This document shows positions 13,067 to 40,230 of a DNA stretch of 64,000 bases, piece by piece. The translations under genes and the position numbers were made by a program. Numbering within the stretch: the first letter of the stretch is position 1; the number at the start of each line of letters is the position of its first letter. Below the pieces are notes generated by a model. The model saw nothing but the letters and a program-made list of their open reading frames with translations, searched no databases and was not told where the DNA came from. The DNA is from Macrostomum lignano (taxonomy: Eukaryota), in NCBI GenBank assembly GCA_002269645.1, contig NIVC01002260.1, positions 62,001-126,000 on the forward strand. The letters run 5' to 3'.

Positions 13067-15090
13067 CTAGCAATCTTTGCCCCCCGTTGGGGACATCTGG
13101 ATAGAATCTTTGCTCTCTACAGGTAACAAAAAGACAGCCAGATAAAGCCTTCTCAAAGACAACAGACAAACTGCTCAAATAAAGTGCAATGCAAAAAGAA
13201 ATCATCCCAAGACAGCAAGCATCCCCTAGATTGCAAGCATCCCCCAGATAGCAAGCATCCCCCAAATAGCAAGCATCCCCCAGATAGCAAGCATCCCCCA
13301 AATAGCAAGCATCCCCTAGATAGCAAGCATCTCCCCTCCCAGATAGCAAGCATCCCCCAGATAGCAAGCATCCCCAAATAGTAAGCATCCACTAGACAAT
13401 AAGTAGCTAGTGCAACAATTTCCTTAGCTCTATAGTGGATCCTTTAAAATTGGCATGACGCTTACTTTTACGTTTGAAATTGATCTTTTATGTTTGACAT
13501 GGTGGCTCTTTTATGTTTGACATGGTGGTTCTTTTATGTTCTACATGGTGGCTCTTTTATGTTTGATTCATGGTTTTTTTAATGTCTGACATGGTGTCTC
13601 TTTAATGTTCGACATGGTGGCTCTTTTATGCTTGACATGGTGGCTCTTAACTGTTTGACATGGAGTCACATATATGTTTGACATGGTGGCTCTTTATGTT
13701 TGACATGGTGGCTCTTATGTTTGACATGGTGGCTCTTTTATGTTTGACATGGTGGCTCTTTAATGTTTGACATGATGGCTTTTATGTTAGACATGGTGGC
13801 TGCTTAATTTTTGACATGGTGGCTCTTTAATGTTCTTCATGGTGGCTCTTTTATGTTTGACATGGAGTCAGGAATATACTTGACATGATGACTCATTAAT
13901 GTTAGACATGGTGGCTCTTTAATGTTTGACCTGGTGGCACCTTAATGTAATGATGGCTCTTTAATGTTTGATATGGTGGCTCTTTAATATTTGACATGGT
14001 GGCTTTTTAATGTTTGACATGGTGGCTCTATAATGTTAGACATGGTGGCTCTATAATGTTAGACATGATGGCTCTTTAATGTTCGACATGGTGGTCCTCT
14101 TATGCTTGACATGGTGGCTCTTTTATGTTCGACATGGTGGTTCTTTAATGTTCGACATGGTGCCTCTTTAATGTTTGACATGGTGGCCCTTTTATGTTTG
14201 ACATGGTTACTCTTTTATGTTTGACATGATGGCTCTTTTATGTTTGACATGGAGTCACATATATGTTGGACATGGTGGTTCTTTAATGTTTGGCATGATG
14301 GCTATTTGATGTTTGACATAGAGTCACGAATATATTTGACATGGTGACTCGTTAATGTTTGACATGGTGGCTCTTTTATGTTTGACATGATGGCTCTTTA
14401 ATGTTTGACATGAAGTCACATTCATGTTGGACATGTTGGCTCTTTAATGTTCAACATGGTGGCTCTTTAATGTTTGACATTGTGCTTTTTTGTGTTTAGC
14501 ATTTAGTGTTTTTAAGGTTTTTTAATAAAAAATCTTTTTGCACTACTAAGATTCGAACCCAGGTCACTGCATTAGCAGTCCAGTCTGTTTGCATCGAGGC
14601 TATCTCTTTTCAATTGGAGAACATGATTTGTGGCCCTTATAATTCAATACTTACAGCAAGTTGGTTAGAGTAAAGAGTTATGACATAATCAATTTCTCAG
14701 TCAGCCTGTATCAGTCTCAATTTAAGTTGTCAATATGGTTACGCAATTTCAATCAAGTCTTTTGCGCATTTCTTCGGCACTGTTTTCAACTTGTTGTGAT
14801 GTAATTTTTATCACAATTGGAATTCAGCCAGTCAGTTTTTTCTCTAGCATTCTTCCAATGCATTTCAAGTCGAAAATTTAGCTCGACCTTTGCAAAAAAG
14901 CATGTTTTTCGAATATTTAATCCCTTTAACATTGAGCAATTTCTTAGCCAAGATGCATGTACCGTCCCAGGAAAATTTCTGATCGAATGGTGCAAGTTTG
15001 AAGAAAATCGGTTGAGCCATTTTTTCTAAAATCTATCGCATACCTACCTACCCACATATAGACAACTCATTTTTAGTATATAGGAAGCAA
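13067..15090 (-). mobile_element. Non-autonomous Helitron H1
   Basis: Minus-strand 5' end ..CTTCCTATATACTAAAAATGAG; 3' hairpin GTCCCCAACGGGGGGC then CTAG (13070-13067) followed by T. Inverted homologue of 17850-20689; no RepHel ORF. Confidence 0.8.
13490..14480. repeat. 23-bp minisatellite (GGTGGCTCTTTAATGTTTGACAT)n inside Helitron H1
   Basis: Visible array; reverse complement of array at 18470-20160. Confidence 0.93.
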
Positions 15091-15679
15091 TCTAGTGCGG
15101 CCCCCCTTCGGGGCGCCCAATAAGAACGAAGCAAAAATAGTTTATGGAAATCAATGAAAAAGCACATTTTCTTAAAAACTAAGTCCTTCATCACTTTTAA
15201 AAATCACCTTATTCATTTAAAATTGTCACGGACAATAAAATTTGCTATGAATCTCTTTTTTTCTAAAATTAATAAACAGACAAGAAAATATAGCTTTCAC
15301 AAAGATCACAGTCATTACCCCTAAATAGAAAATATTCCCAAGACAGCAAGCATCCCCCCAGTAGCAAGCATCCGCCTCCAAAAGTAAGCAACCGCAGATA
15401 GAAAGCATCCCCTAATACTCCTAGCAAGCATCCACCCAGATAGCAAGCATCCCCTAATACTACTAGCAAATATCCACCCAGATAGCAAGCATCTGCAGAT
15501 AGCAAGCATCTTGCAGATAGCAAGCATCCCCCAAATAGAAGCATCCCCTGGATAAAAGCATCTACCTAGATAGCAAGCATCCCCCAAATAATGTAGAAGC
15601 ATCCTTCCAGATAGCAAGAATCCCTAAATAGCAAGCATCCCTGGATAGAAATAATCCTATACATGTAGCCAAGCTTATC

Positions 15680-17250
15680 AAGCGCAGTAATCCTTGGCTA
15701 TCGAGTGAAGTAATCCTTGGTTTATTAAGACCAATAATCCTTGGCTTATCGAGTGTAGTAATCCTTGGTTTATTAATAGCAATAATCCTTGACTTATCAA
15801 GTGCAGTAATGCTTGGTTTATTAATAGCAATAATCCTTGGTTTTCCAAGTGCAGTAATCCTTGGTTTATTAATAGCAATAATCCTTGGCTTATCGAGTGC
15901 AGTAATCCTTGGTTTTCCAAGTGCAGTAATCCTTGCTTTATTAAGAGCAATAATCCTTGGCTTTTCGAGTGCAGTAATCCTTGGTTTATTAATAGCAATA
16001 ATCCTTGGCTTATCGAGTGCAGTAATCCTTGGTTTATTAATAGCAATAATCCTTGAATAATCAAGTGCAGTAAATCTTGCTTTATTAATAGCAATAATCC
16101 TTGATTATTCAAGTGCATTAACCCTTGGTTTATTAATAGCAATAATCCTTGATTAATCAAGTGCAATTATCTTTGGTTTATTAATAGCAATAATCCTTGG
16201 CTTATCGAGTGCAGTAATCCTTGGTTTATTAATAGCAATAATCCTTGATTAATCAAGTGCAGTAAATCTTGCTTTATTAATAGCAATAATCCTTGATTAT
16301 TCAAGTGAATTAACCCTTGGTTTATTAATAGCAATAATCCTTGATTAATCAAGTGCAATTATCTTTGGTTTATTAATAGCAATAATCCTTGGCTTATCGA
16401 GTGCAGTAACCCTTGGTTTATTAATAGCAATAATCCTTGATTAATCAAGTGCAGTAATCTTTGGTTTATTAATAGCAATAATCCTTGATTATTCAAGTGC
16501 AGTAATCCTTGGTTTATTAATAGCAATAATCCTTGATTAATCAAGTGCATTAATCCTTGGTTTATTAATAGCAATAATCCTTGATTATTCAAGTGCATTA
16601 ATCCTTGGTTTATTAATAGCAATAATCCTTGGCTTATCGAATGCAGTAACCCTTGGTTTATTAATAGCAATAATCGTTGATTAATCAAGTGCAGTAATCC
16701 TTGCTTTATTAATAGCAATAATCCTTAATTATTCAAGTGCATTAATCCTTGGTTTATTAATAGCAATAATCCTTGATTAATCAAGTGCATTAATCCTTTG
16801 GTTTATTAATAGCAATAATCTTTGGCATATCGAATGCAGTAATCCCTGGTTTATTAAGACCAATAATCCTTGGCTTATCGAGTGCAGTAATCTTTGGTTT
16901 ATTAATAGCAATAATCCTTGGTTTATTAATAGCAATAATCCTTGATTAATCAAGTGCATTAATCCTTGGTTTATTAATAGCAATAATCCTTGGCTTATCA
17001 AGTGCAATAATCCTTGGTTTATTAATACCAATAATCCTTGGCTTATCGAGTGCAATAATCCTTGGTTTATTAATAGCAATAATCCTTGGCTTGTCGAGTG
17101 CAGTAATCCTTGGTTTATTAATACCAATAATCCTTGATTAATCAAGTGCATTAATCCTTGGTTTATTAATAGCAATAATCCTTGATTAATCAAGTGCATT
17201 AATCCTTGGTTTATTAATAGCAATAATCCTTGGCTTATCGAGTGCAGTAA
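15680..17250. repeat. 24-bp minisatellite with 48-bp dimeric higher order (TAATCCTTGGTTTATTAATAGCAA / TAATCCTTGGCTTATCGAGTGCAG) inside Helitron H2
   Basis: Visible alternating units; source of LLLLINQG-type ORFs. Confidence 0.93.
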
Positions 17251-18469
17251 TCTAAGTGTTTTTATTTAGTCCTTTAATAAAAGCTTTTAATAAAAAATTT
17301 TACAGTACTACTTTTAAACTACTTAGATTCGAACCCAGGTTGCTGCATTAGCAGTCTGGTCTGTTCAGCTCTAGGCTAGCTCTCATCGAAGTTATCAGTG
17401 AATTTGTACTACTTATATAATTCAACACTCACACCAAAACAGGTAGAGTAAAAAGTCACACAAAGCAGTTATAACATAATCAATTTCTTAGGCAAGTCAG
17501 TACCAGTGTCTATGAAAGTTAACAATATGGTTACGTATTGAATAATATAAATTGAGTACTGCACTATGCTTTCATACTCAAAGCTGTGACGCAATTCAAT
17601 TGAGTGTCAAATTCAGCCAGTACACAGACGATAAATAAAGTGTATTGTGATGCAATCTATTTTAGAATCAGAATTCAACCAGTCAGTTTTTCTGCTAGCA
17701 TTCTTACAATTCATTTTAATGCTTGACCTTTGCAGAAAAGCATGTTTTTCGAATATTTAATCCCTTTAGCATCGAGCAATTTCTTAGCCACAATGCATGT
17801 ACTGTTACGGAAAAATTTCTTATCAAATGGTGCAAGTTCGAACAAAATTGGTTGAGCCATCCTTCCTATATACTAAAAATGAGTTGTCTGTATCTATCTA
17901 GCTATGCGATAGATTTCAGAAAAATTGGCTCAACCAATTTTCTTCAAACTTGCACCATTCGATCAGAAATTTTCCTGGGACGGTACATGCATCTTGGCTA
18001 AGAAATTGCTCAATTTTAAAGGGATTAAATATTCGAAAAACATGCTTTTTTGCAAAGGTCAAGCAGCTCTTTCGACCTAAAATGCATTGTAAGAATGCTA
18101 GAGAAAAAACTGAATGACTGAATTCCAATTGTGATAAAGATTACATCACAACCAGTTGAAAACAGTTCCGAACGAATGCACACAAAACTTGATTTAAATT
18201 GCGTAACAATATTGCTAACTTAAATTGACACTGATACTGGCTGACTGAAAAATTGATTATGTCATAACTTTTTACTCTAACCGATTTGCTATAAGAATTG
18301 AATTATAAGGGCCACAATTCATGTTCTCCAATTGACAAGAGATAGCATAGATGCGAACAGACTGGACTGCTAATGCAGCGACCTGGGTTCGAATCTTAGT
18401 AGTGCAAAGATTTTTTTATTCAAAAACCTTAAAAACACAAAATGCTAAACACAAAAAAGCACAATTTCA

Positions 18470-20160
18470 AACATTAAAGAGCCACCATGGCGAACATATA
18501 TGTGACTCCATGTCTAACATTAAAAAGCCACCATGTCAAATATTATAGAGCCACCATTTCAAACCTAAAAGAGCCACCATGTCGAAAATTAAAGAGCCAC
18601 CATGTCAAACATTAAACAGCCACCATGTCGAACATGCAAGAGCCACCTTGTCAAACATAAAAGACCCACCATATCAAACATAAAAGAGTTACCATGTCAA
18701 ACATTAAAGAGCCACCATGTCAAACATTAAAGAGCCACCATGTAGAATATTAAAGAGCCACTAAGTCAAACATTAAAAAACCACCATGTCAAACATTAAA
18801 GAGCCACCATTTCAAACCTAAAAGAGCCACCTTATCAAACATTAAAGAGCCACCATGTCAAACACTAAAGAGCCACCATGTCAAACATAAAATAGCCACC
18901 ATATCAAACATAAAAGAGTTCCCATGTCAAACATTAAAGAGCCACCATGTCAAACATGAAAGAGCCACCATTTCGAACATAAAACAGCCACCATGAAGAA
19001 CATTAAAGAGCCACCATGTCAAACATTAAAAGAGCCACCATATCAAACATAAAAGAGTTCCCGTGTCAAACATTAAAGAGCCACCATGTCAAACATTAAA
19101 GAGCCACCATGTCGAACATTAAAAGAGCCACCATGTAGAATATTAAAGAGCCACCATGTCGAACATTAAGAAGCCACCATGTCCAACATTAAAGAGCCAC
19201 CTTGTCAAATATTAAAAAGCCACCATTTCAAACCTAAAAGAGCCACCATGTCGAACATACAAGAGCCACCTCATCAAACATTAAAGAGCCACCATGTCGA
19301 ACATAAAAGAGCCACCATGCCAAACATAAAAGAGCCACCATGTCGAACATTAAAAAGCCACCATGCCAAAAATAAAAGAGCCGCCATGTCAAACGTAAAA
19401 GAGCCACCATGTCAAACATAAAAGAGCCACTATGTCGAACATAAAAGAGCCACAATGTCAAACATTAAAGAGCCACCATGTCGAACAATAAAGAGCCACC
19501 ATGTCGAACATTAAAGAGCCACCATGTCAAACATTAAAGAGCCACCATGTCGAACATTAAAGAGCCACCATGCCAAAAATAAAAGAGCCACCATGTCAAA
19601 CATAAAAAAGCCACCATGTCGAACATTAAAGAGCCACCATGCCAAAAATAAAAGAGCCACCATGTCAAATGTAAAAGAGCCACCATGTCGAACATAAAAG
19701 AGCCACAATGTCAAACATTAAAGAGCCACCATGTCGAACAATAAAGAGCCACCATGTCGAACATTAAAGAGCCACCATGTCAAACATTAAAGAGCCACCA
19801 TGTCGAACATTAAAGAGCCACCATGCCAAAATTAAAAGAGCCACCATGTCAAACATAAAAGAGCCACCATGTCGAACATAAAAGAGCCACAATGTCAAAC
19901 ATTAAAGAGCCACCATGTCGAACAATAAAGAGCCACCATGTCGAACATTAAAGAGCCACCATGTCAAACATTAAAGAGCCACCATGTCAAACACTAAAGA
20001 GCCACCATGTCAAACATTATAAAGAGCCACCATGTCGAACATTAAAGAGCCACCATGTCAAACATAAAAGAGCCACCATGTTGAACATAAAAGAGCCACC
20101 ATGTCGAACATTAAAGAGCCACCATGTCAAACGTAAAAGAGCCACTATGCCAAACATAAA
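18470..20160. repeat. 23-bp minisatellite (ATGTCAAACATTAAAGAGCCACC)n inside Helitron H3
   Basis: Visible array. Confidence 0.94.
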
Positions 20161-20259
20161 AGATACACAATTTCAAATGTAAAAGTAAGCGTCATGCCAA
20201 TTTTAAAGGAGCCACTATAGAGCTAAGGAAATTGTTGCACTAGCTACTTATTATCTGGT

Positions 20260-20540
20260 GGATGCTTACTATTTGGGGATGCTTGCTATCTGGGAGGGGA
20301 TGCTTCCTATCTGGGGGATGCTTGCTATTTGGGGGATGCTTGCTATCTGGGGGATGCTTGCTATCGGGGGGATGCTTGCTATCTGGGGGATGCTTGCTAT
20401 CTGGGGGATGCTTGCTATTTGGGGGATGCTTGCTATTTGGGGGATGCTTGCTATCTCGGGGATGCTTGCTATCTGGGGGATGCTTGCTATCTGGGGGATG
20501 CTTGCTATCTGGGGGATGCTTGCAATCTGGGGATGCTTGC
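20260..20540. repeat. 18-bp subterminal Helitron minisatellite (TGGGGGATGCTTGCTATC)n; inverse copies at ~13210-13390 and ~15340-15660
   Basis: Same unit near the 3' end of all three Helitrons. Confidence 0.9.
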
Positions 20541-21350
20541 TGTCTTGGGATGATTTCTTTTTGCATTACACTTTATTTGAGTAGTTTATCTGTTGTCTTT
20601 GTGAAGGCTTTATTTGGCTGTCTTTTTGTTACTTGTAGAGAACAGAGATTCTATCCAGATGTCCCCCAATGGGGGGCGAAGATTGCTAGTTTTTGCTAAA
20701 ATCGATCACATAGACACAGACAGACCATTTTTAGTATATTGGATTGGATAAAATAGTACAAAATAAATGGCTTAAATGTACAATCACAATAATATATATA
20801 TATATCTATATATATATATATATATGCAGCAATATGCAAAAGTAAGACACTAACTCTGGCTGCGCCGCTATATGTCACTATAAAATTCATAAATAGGTTG
20901 AAGGTTGGTAATGGCCTACTGGGTAAGCCATAGTCAGGATCATGGCATACGTGTGCCAGAACAAATCCTATCAAAATTATTTGATTGCACCATGTGCTAA
21001 GACTTTTTTGCAAAAAAACACAAGCACAAAAATCTGTATTTTCCCTTTAAAAATACTAGTAAAACTTGTATTTGAATTTGTTTTGTAGAAATACAATGTT
21101 AACATATTTTAATTGAAAAAGCCACCAATATACCAGCAAATGAAAAAGTGCTAATTATGCATTAGACAATGCATTATTTGTTTTTTATTTGGCACTTCAC
21201 AATATTTTTACACCTATATTGAATTCAATCTCGCTTGACTGTTCTCAAATTCCAAGCCCATTCTCAAAATTTTGAGAATTTCTCAAAATGACCAAAAAAG
21301 GCCAAGTCTCAAAATTTTGAGATTGAGATTGAGATCTCAGTTGGACTCTA

Positions 21351-21380
21351 TCCTATATACTAAAAATGGTCTTAATAACA
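21351..21380 (+). mobile_element. Helitron 5'-end fragment of the same family
   Basis: A|TCCTATATACTAAAAATGGTCT matches the H2/H3 5' ends; no 3' end found. Confidence 0.45.
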
Positions 21381-22448
21381 AAAGATTGATCCTAGGTATA
21401 TAGCTATATAAGATCTATAGCTTTTATAGCTTTCAAGTTTTTATTCTTTAAGTAGTAGAATTAGGTTTTTTATAATTTAAATATGAAGTCTATTTTTTAA
21501 AGTATTAATCAATTTAACAAGATGAAATTTTAAAGAAGAAAGGAATAAGTTTTGATATGCTTTGCATATTGAGTACAACACATAGTTTAGGGTAGTTCTA
21601 TAAGAACTGAATACATTCAAAGAAATGAAAATTGCTATACTTGGCTAAACTAATAGAGCCTATTTATGATTCTAGATTGATTTCTAATTGCCAAACAATT
21701 GTTTTATAGCATTTTTGTTTAAAGTAGCTAAAATTAGCTCTAAATTTATGCAAAAATTATAATGTTGACTAAATATTACTACTTATTACTTTTAGCCCTT
21801 GTGTTCAAACTTTAGCAAAAAAACAACACAGAGCATTGAAGAAATCAATCACAACTGGGATATTAGAAAAAATATCATAAATTATAATACTAATAGCCAT
21901 AGACTTAATATGGTGCCTCTGAAACAGTTTAATTATTTGTGTCCTATTGCTTCTCTTTGGTTACAACTGGGATCATGGTTGATCAAGCTACTGCTTATTT
22001 AGAAACAAAACAATAGTTCCATTAGCAACAAGACAGTTCCATTTTTTCTAAATAAACTGCATTCAGCATTTTTATTTTTCATATGTCATTTTTGGTACAG
22101 GCTTTCTGTCTGCCTTTAATTAACAGTAATAGTTTCTAATGTTACAACTGTTTTTAACTGGGACTACCCATTAGATTTTACCTACTTAGGAAATAAATCA
22201 CTTTCATAAAATACATTTTTATAAACTTTCATACTTTCAAGGTTTAAATATGAGTGAATATTAGCCAAATTATCTTATATCCTTGTAAAATAATTCCAAT
22301 TGTGGCATCAAATATATTGGACTTGGATAGTCACTGAAATTGATAAAACTTAATGATCTGCTTTGGTTTTAGCAAAATTTATATAAAAAGGTTAGGGTGA
22401 AGGTATGTATTAAAGGCAAATATCATATAATAATCTGTGAAGTTTGGA

Positions 22449-22566
22449 TTGCAATGATGAGTGCGCAGGGGTCCAGAACCCAGGCCAGCATGTGGGCCTG
22501 GCACCCAGGAGACTGCTCTTGGGTGTGACAACCATTGCTGCCTGTTGCTTGTAGCATCTGAGAAAG
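22449..22566 (+). ncRNA. C/D-box snoRNA/scaRNA, SNORD94-like guide for U6 Cm62 (copy 1)
   Basis: C box ATGATGA 22454-60; guide TGCGCAGGGGTC 22462-73; D' CAGA 22474-77; D box CTGA 22558-61. Lies ~96 nt upstream of a 3' splice site (TTGCAG 22657). Guide is complementary to conserved U6 nt 58-69 GGCCCCUGCGCA (U6 sequence recalled, not searched). Confidence 0.8.
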
Positions 22567-22697
22567 TCCATCCCTATTTCAATTGGTTCAAGCTGATATT
22601 AAAGTACACGTACCAGTAGCCCAGCTTATACCAGCTGCAACCTGTCTCCTGTTGCAGCGTATTGAATAACAATCCAGCGCCAGCAGTCAATCCCGCC

Positions 22698-37072
<14,375 letters not shown>

Positions 37073-37273
37073 CCTGAGCCCCCGCTGTTGCCATCAACTC
37101 ATCCTGTGCGCTCAACTGTCTCATTAATAGCGCACCAACCTGACCAAGGGCCATTGTGCAGTAGTGAAGAGAGCTGCGGGATTCTAGATAATAGACTTTG
37201 GCTTGCAAGTTGCGCATTCAATTTCCATGCACTTTTTCTTTACTAACAGCGGCCCTTCACAATATTGCTGGCT

Positions 37274-37537
37274 AGTGGAGCAGCAGTGCTCTAGTGGAGC
37301 AGCAGTGCTCTATTGGAGCAGCAGTGCTCTAGTGGAGCAGCAGTGCTCTAGTGGAGCAGCAGTGCTCTAGTGGAGCAGCAGTGCTCTAGTGGAGCAGCAG
37401 TGCTCTAGTGGAGCAGCAGTGCTCTAGTGGAGCAGCAGTGCTCTAGTGGAGCAGCAGTGCTCTAGTGGAGCAGCAGTGCTCTAGTGGGGCAGCAGTGCTC
37501 TAGTGGAGCAGCACTGCTCTAGTGGAGCAGCAGTGCT
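37274..37537. repeat. 19-bp minisatellite (AGTGGAGCAGCAGTGCTCT)n downstream of the PRPF8 stop
   Basis: ~14 visible copies. Confidence 0.95.
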
Positions 37538-38204
37538 TTGCTAAATTTTGATGAGTCTATTAAAAACTGATTCTAGTTCTGACAATAAATTAGTTTAAAT
37601 ATAAAAAACTGGGGTTATTCAGTTGACTCTTATTGTTGTTATTATTCGATTTTGACCTTCATTTGTCCGGTTCGTTCACCACCACCACCAACCCCGACTG
37701 TGTTTTTTGTTTTAATGTAATTTATTATGCAGTTCCCTCTGTTGCACCGGCCGCCTCCTGTTGCCCTCGCCTACCCAGCACTCTCTGCTTGTTCGTGTAC
37801 AAACTCGAATGCCCCCCCCCCAGCTGAGCAATCCGGTGCGGCCAGCATTGCTGTTGAGGCCGAACTTTTTATAACAACTCTCTGTGCGCTGGGCCTCGGC
37901 CGCCTCTGCGTTCATCGGTGTCATATTTTACTCTATTAATTCTGTAGCCTCTGCTTACTCTGCTCGGAGTTTCTCGATATAAATAAAATGACCTTGTTTG
38001 TCCCCAGCACCCACTGAGTGCCCCCTGCTGGCACCGACTGTGTCTGTCCGTTTAAACTGCTGCAAGGACTGGCTTTGCTCAGCTGATTGCTCATTTTGTC
38101 TGCGACAGCCGGCGAGGGCATTGAGACCAATGCTTATGGATACTGAGGCCAATGCTTATGGATGCTGAGGCCAATGCTTATGGATACTGAGGCTAATCTA
38201 AATA

Positions 38205-38720
38205 CAGACACTACTTAGACGCTATGACAGACACTACTTAGACGCTATGACAGACACTACTTAGACATTAAGACAGACACTACTTAGACGCTATGACAGA
38301 CACTACTTAGACACTAAGACAGACACTACTTAGACGCTATGACAGACACTACTTAGACGCTATGACAGACACTACTTAGACGCTATGACAGACACTACTT
38401 AGACGCTATGACAGACACTACTTAGACGCTATGACAGACACTACTTAGACGCTATGACAGACACTACTTAGACGCTATGACAGACACTACTTAGACGCTA
38501 TGACAGACACTACTTAGACGCTAAGACAGACACTACTTAGACGCTAAGACAGACACTACTTAGACACTAAGACAGACACTACTTAGACGCTATGACAGAC
38601 ACTACTTAGACGCTATGACAGACACTACTTAGACGCTATGACAGACACTACTTAGACGCTATGACAGACACTACTTAGGCGCTATGACAGACACTACTTA
38701 GACGCTATGACAGACGCTAT
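38205..38720. repeat. 23-bp minisatellite (GACAGACACTACTTAGACGCTAT)n; short 22-bp and 29-bp arrays flank it
   Basis: Visible array; 29-bp array at ~38779-38930. Confidence 0.95.
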
Positions 38721-39144
38721 GAGACGGGCATGTACTTATCAAACTAATACTTAAGCTACAGAAAGGAAGGAAAGGCAGACAGTCTGGCGCAGATATGCAT
38801 TAGAAAAACAGTCTGGCGCAGATATTCATTAGCAAAACAGTCTCGCGCAGATATGCATTAGCAAAACAGTCTGGCGCAGATATGCATTAGCAAAACAGTC
38901 TGGCGCAGATATGCATTAGCAAAACAGTCTCGCTCAAATGTCGAGTTGGGAAAATGAGTCAGGCTTATCGTGAAGAGGCTTAGCAGTTGCTGATAGCACG
39001 GATTAAGGCATGCACTGGAGTGTAATATGCTTTTATATTTTACTGCTTCTTTGGCCAAAGGAAGGCAGCGGCGGAGTGGGCTTAAAGTAGAGATGCGTGC
39101 TGGGTTATGTACATGCGGGCAGTCAGTGCTGGGTGTCTGTGGCG

Positions 39145-39456
39145 TCACCAGATGCCCGGCGGCTTCCTCGGCGGCACCTTCTTGGGCCACCGGCTGCGCC
39201 GCCGCTTCGAGCGGGCCGCCGCTGCCCTGCTGGCTCGGCGGTGGACCTCGGCGGCTGACAGCGGAGCGGCGTCAGCTTCGACGGCAAGGCGCTGGCGGAT
39301 CAGAGGCCAACGCTGGGCGGCCGTCATCAGGGAGGCCCCGTCAGCCGGAGCTGCATCGGCGGCGGGCGCGAAGGCGGCCAGCAGGGCGCAGAGGCAGCAG
39401 CAGGCGAAGACGGGCAGGAGCGGGGAGCAGTCGGAGAGTCAGTGCTGGGAGCGCAT
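39145..39456 (-). CDS. Putative secreted peptide/neuropeptide-like precursor (103 codons) with in-frame TGA at codon 6
   Basis: MRSQH*LSDCSPLLPVFACCCLCALLAAFAPAADA (signal-peptide-like) ... ARSKR|RRSRWPKKVPPRKPPGIW*. GC-rich coding-like composition, furin and dibasic sites. Confidence 0.45.
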
Positions 39457-40230
39457 GTCGGTGGCCTTGAAGTGTCAGCGGCTCAGTGGCTTCAGGCGGC
39501 TGGCTCGGCGAGTTGTCGATGCGAGTTCTGCCGCTCGCCTGCCACGCATAAATAGAGAAATCCAGAGCTGCCCTCCCCCCGCCGCCAGTGGTTGCTGGCC
39601 TGAGTCACTGGCGCGCCAAGATTTGAAATCTGAGTCAGGCCTGGGGAGGGAGGGGAAGAGGCGGGATGGAGAATCAAGGACGCGGATCTGGAGTCAGGCG
39701 AGTGCGGGGGCTGGCTGGCTCCGTGACTCATCCGCCGCGTGTGCGCTTAAAAGTCCGCGTCCTTGATCACGTGACGGCTGCTTAGTAGGAGTCGCCAAAA
39801 ATAGTCGGGCGGGCGCACACTTGGCCTTATGAGACGGGGCAGCTCAGCCTGGACGAGCAAAGTGAGCAGGTTGTGACACACCTGCGATAAGGGCCAGCTC
39901 GCCCACGCAGGTCCCAAATTCGTGCAGAACTGCGTGGTCGCCCTGCCAAGAGGATCCTTGATCGCCAACAGTGGAACTTTCAACAGCGAATGCATTTTGA
40001 CAAAGATTTTTGACTTGAACAAGTTAAGAGCCAACTTGAAAAACTGAGCTCAAATGTGTGGTAGGACGGTTTTTAAAAATGCTTAGTTTAGATTATAAGC
40101 TGATTTTTATGTAGCTTTAAGCCGATCGATATGATCAATAATTAATGACTAATTAATTATATTATTAGTTTTTAATTGTAAAAATCGTACGAGCTAAGAA
40201 TATAAGTAAACTCGTAAAAGTAAAATCGAA

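Larger units (their letters stand above)
17850..20689 (+). mobile_element. Non-autonomous Helitron H3 nested in H2
   Basis: A17849|TCCTTCCTATATACTAAAAATG ... CCCCCAATGGGGGGCGAAGATTGCTAG|T20690: 5'-TC, 3' hairpin plus CTAG, inserted between A and T with no TSD. Confidence 0.85.
15092..20743 (-). mobile_element. Non-autonomous Helitron H2, interrupted by H3
   Basis: 5' A|TCCAATATACTAAAAATGG at 20743; 3' hairpin CCCCGAAGGGG plus CTAG (15095-15092). Rejoining 17849|20690 restores GAGCCA|TTTTTGCTAAAATC, colinear with H1. Confidence 0.8.

Noticed and set aside
37712-38130. Short minus-strand Cys/Trp-containing ORFs downstream of PRPF8
   Set aside because: Could not be linked by phase-consistent splicing; no family recognised
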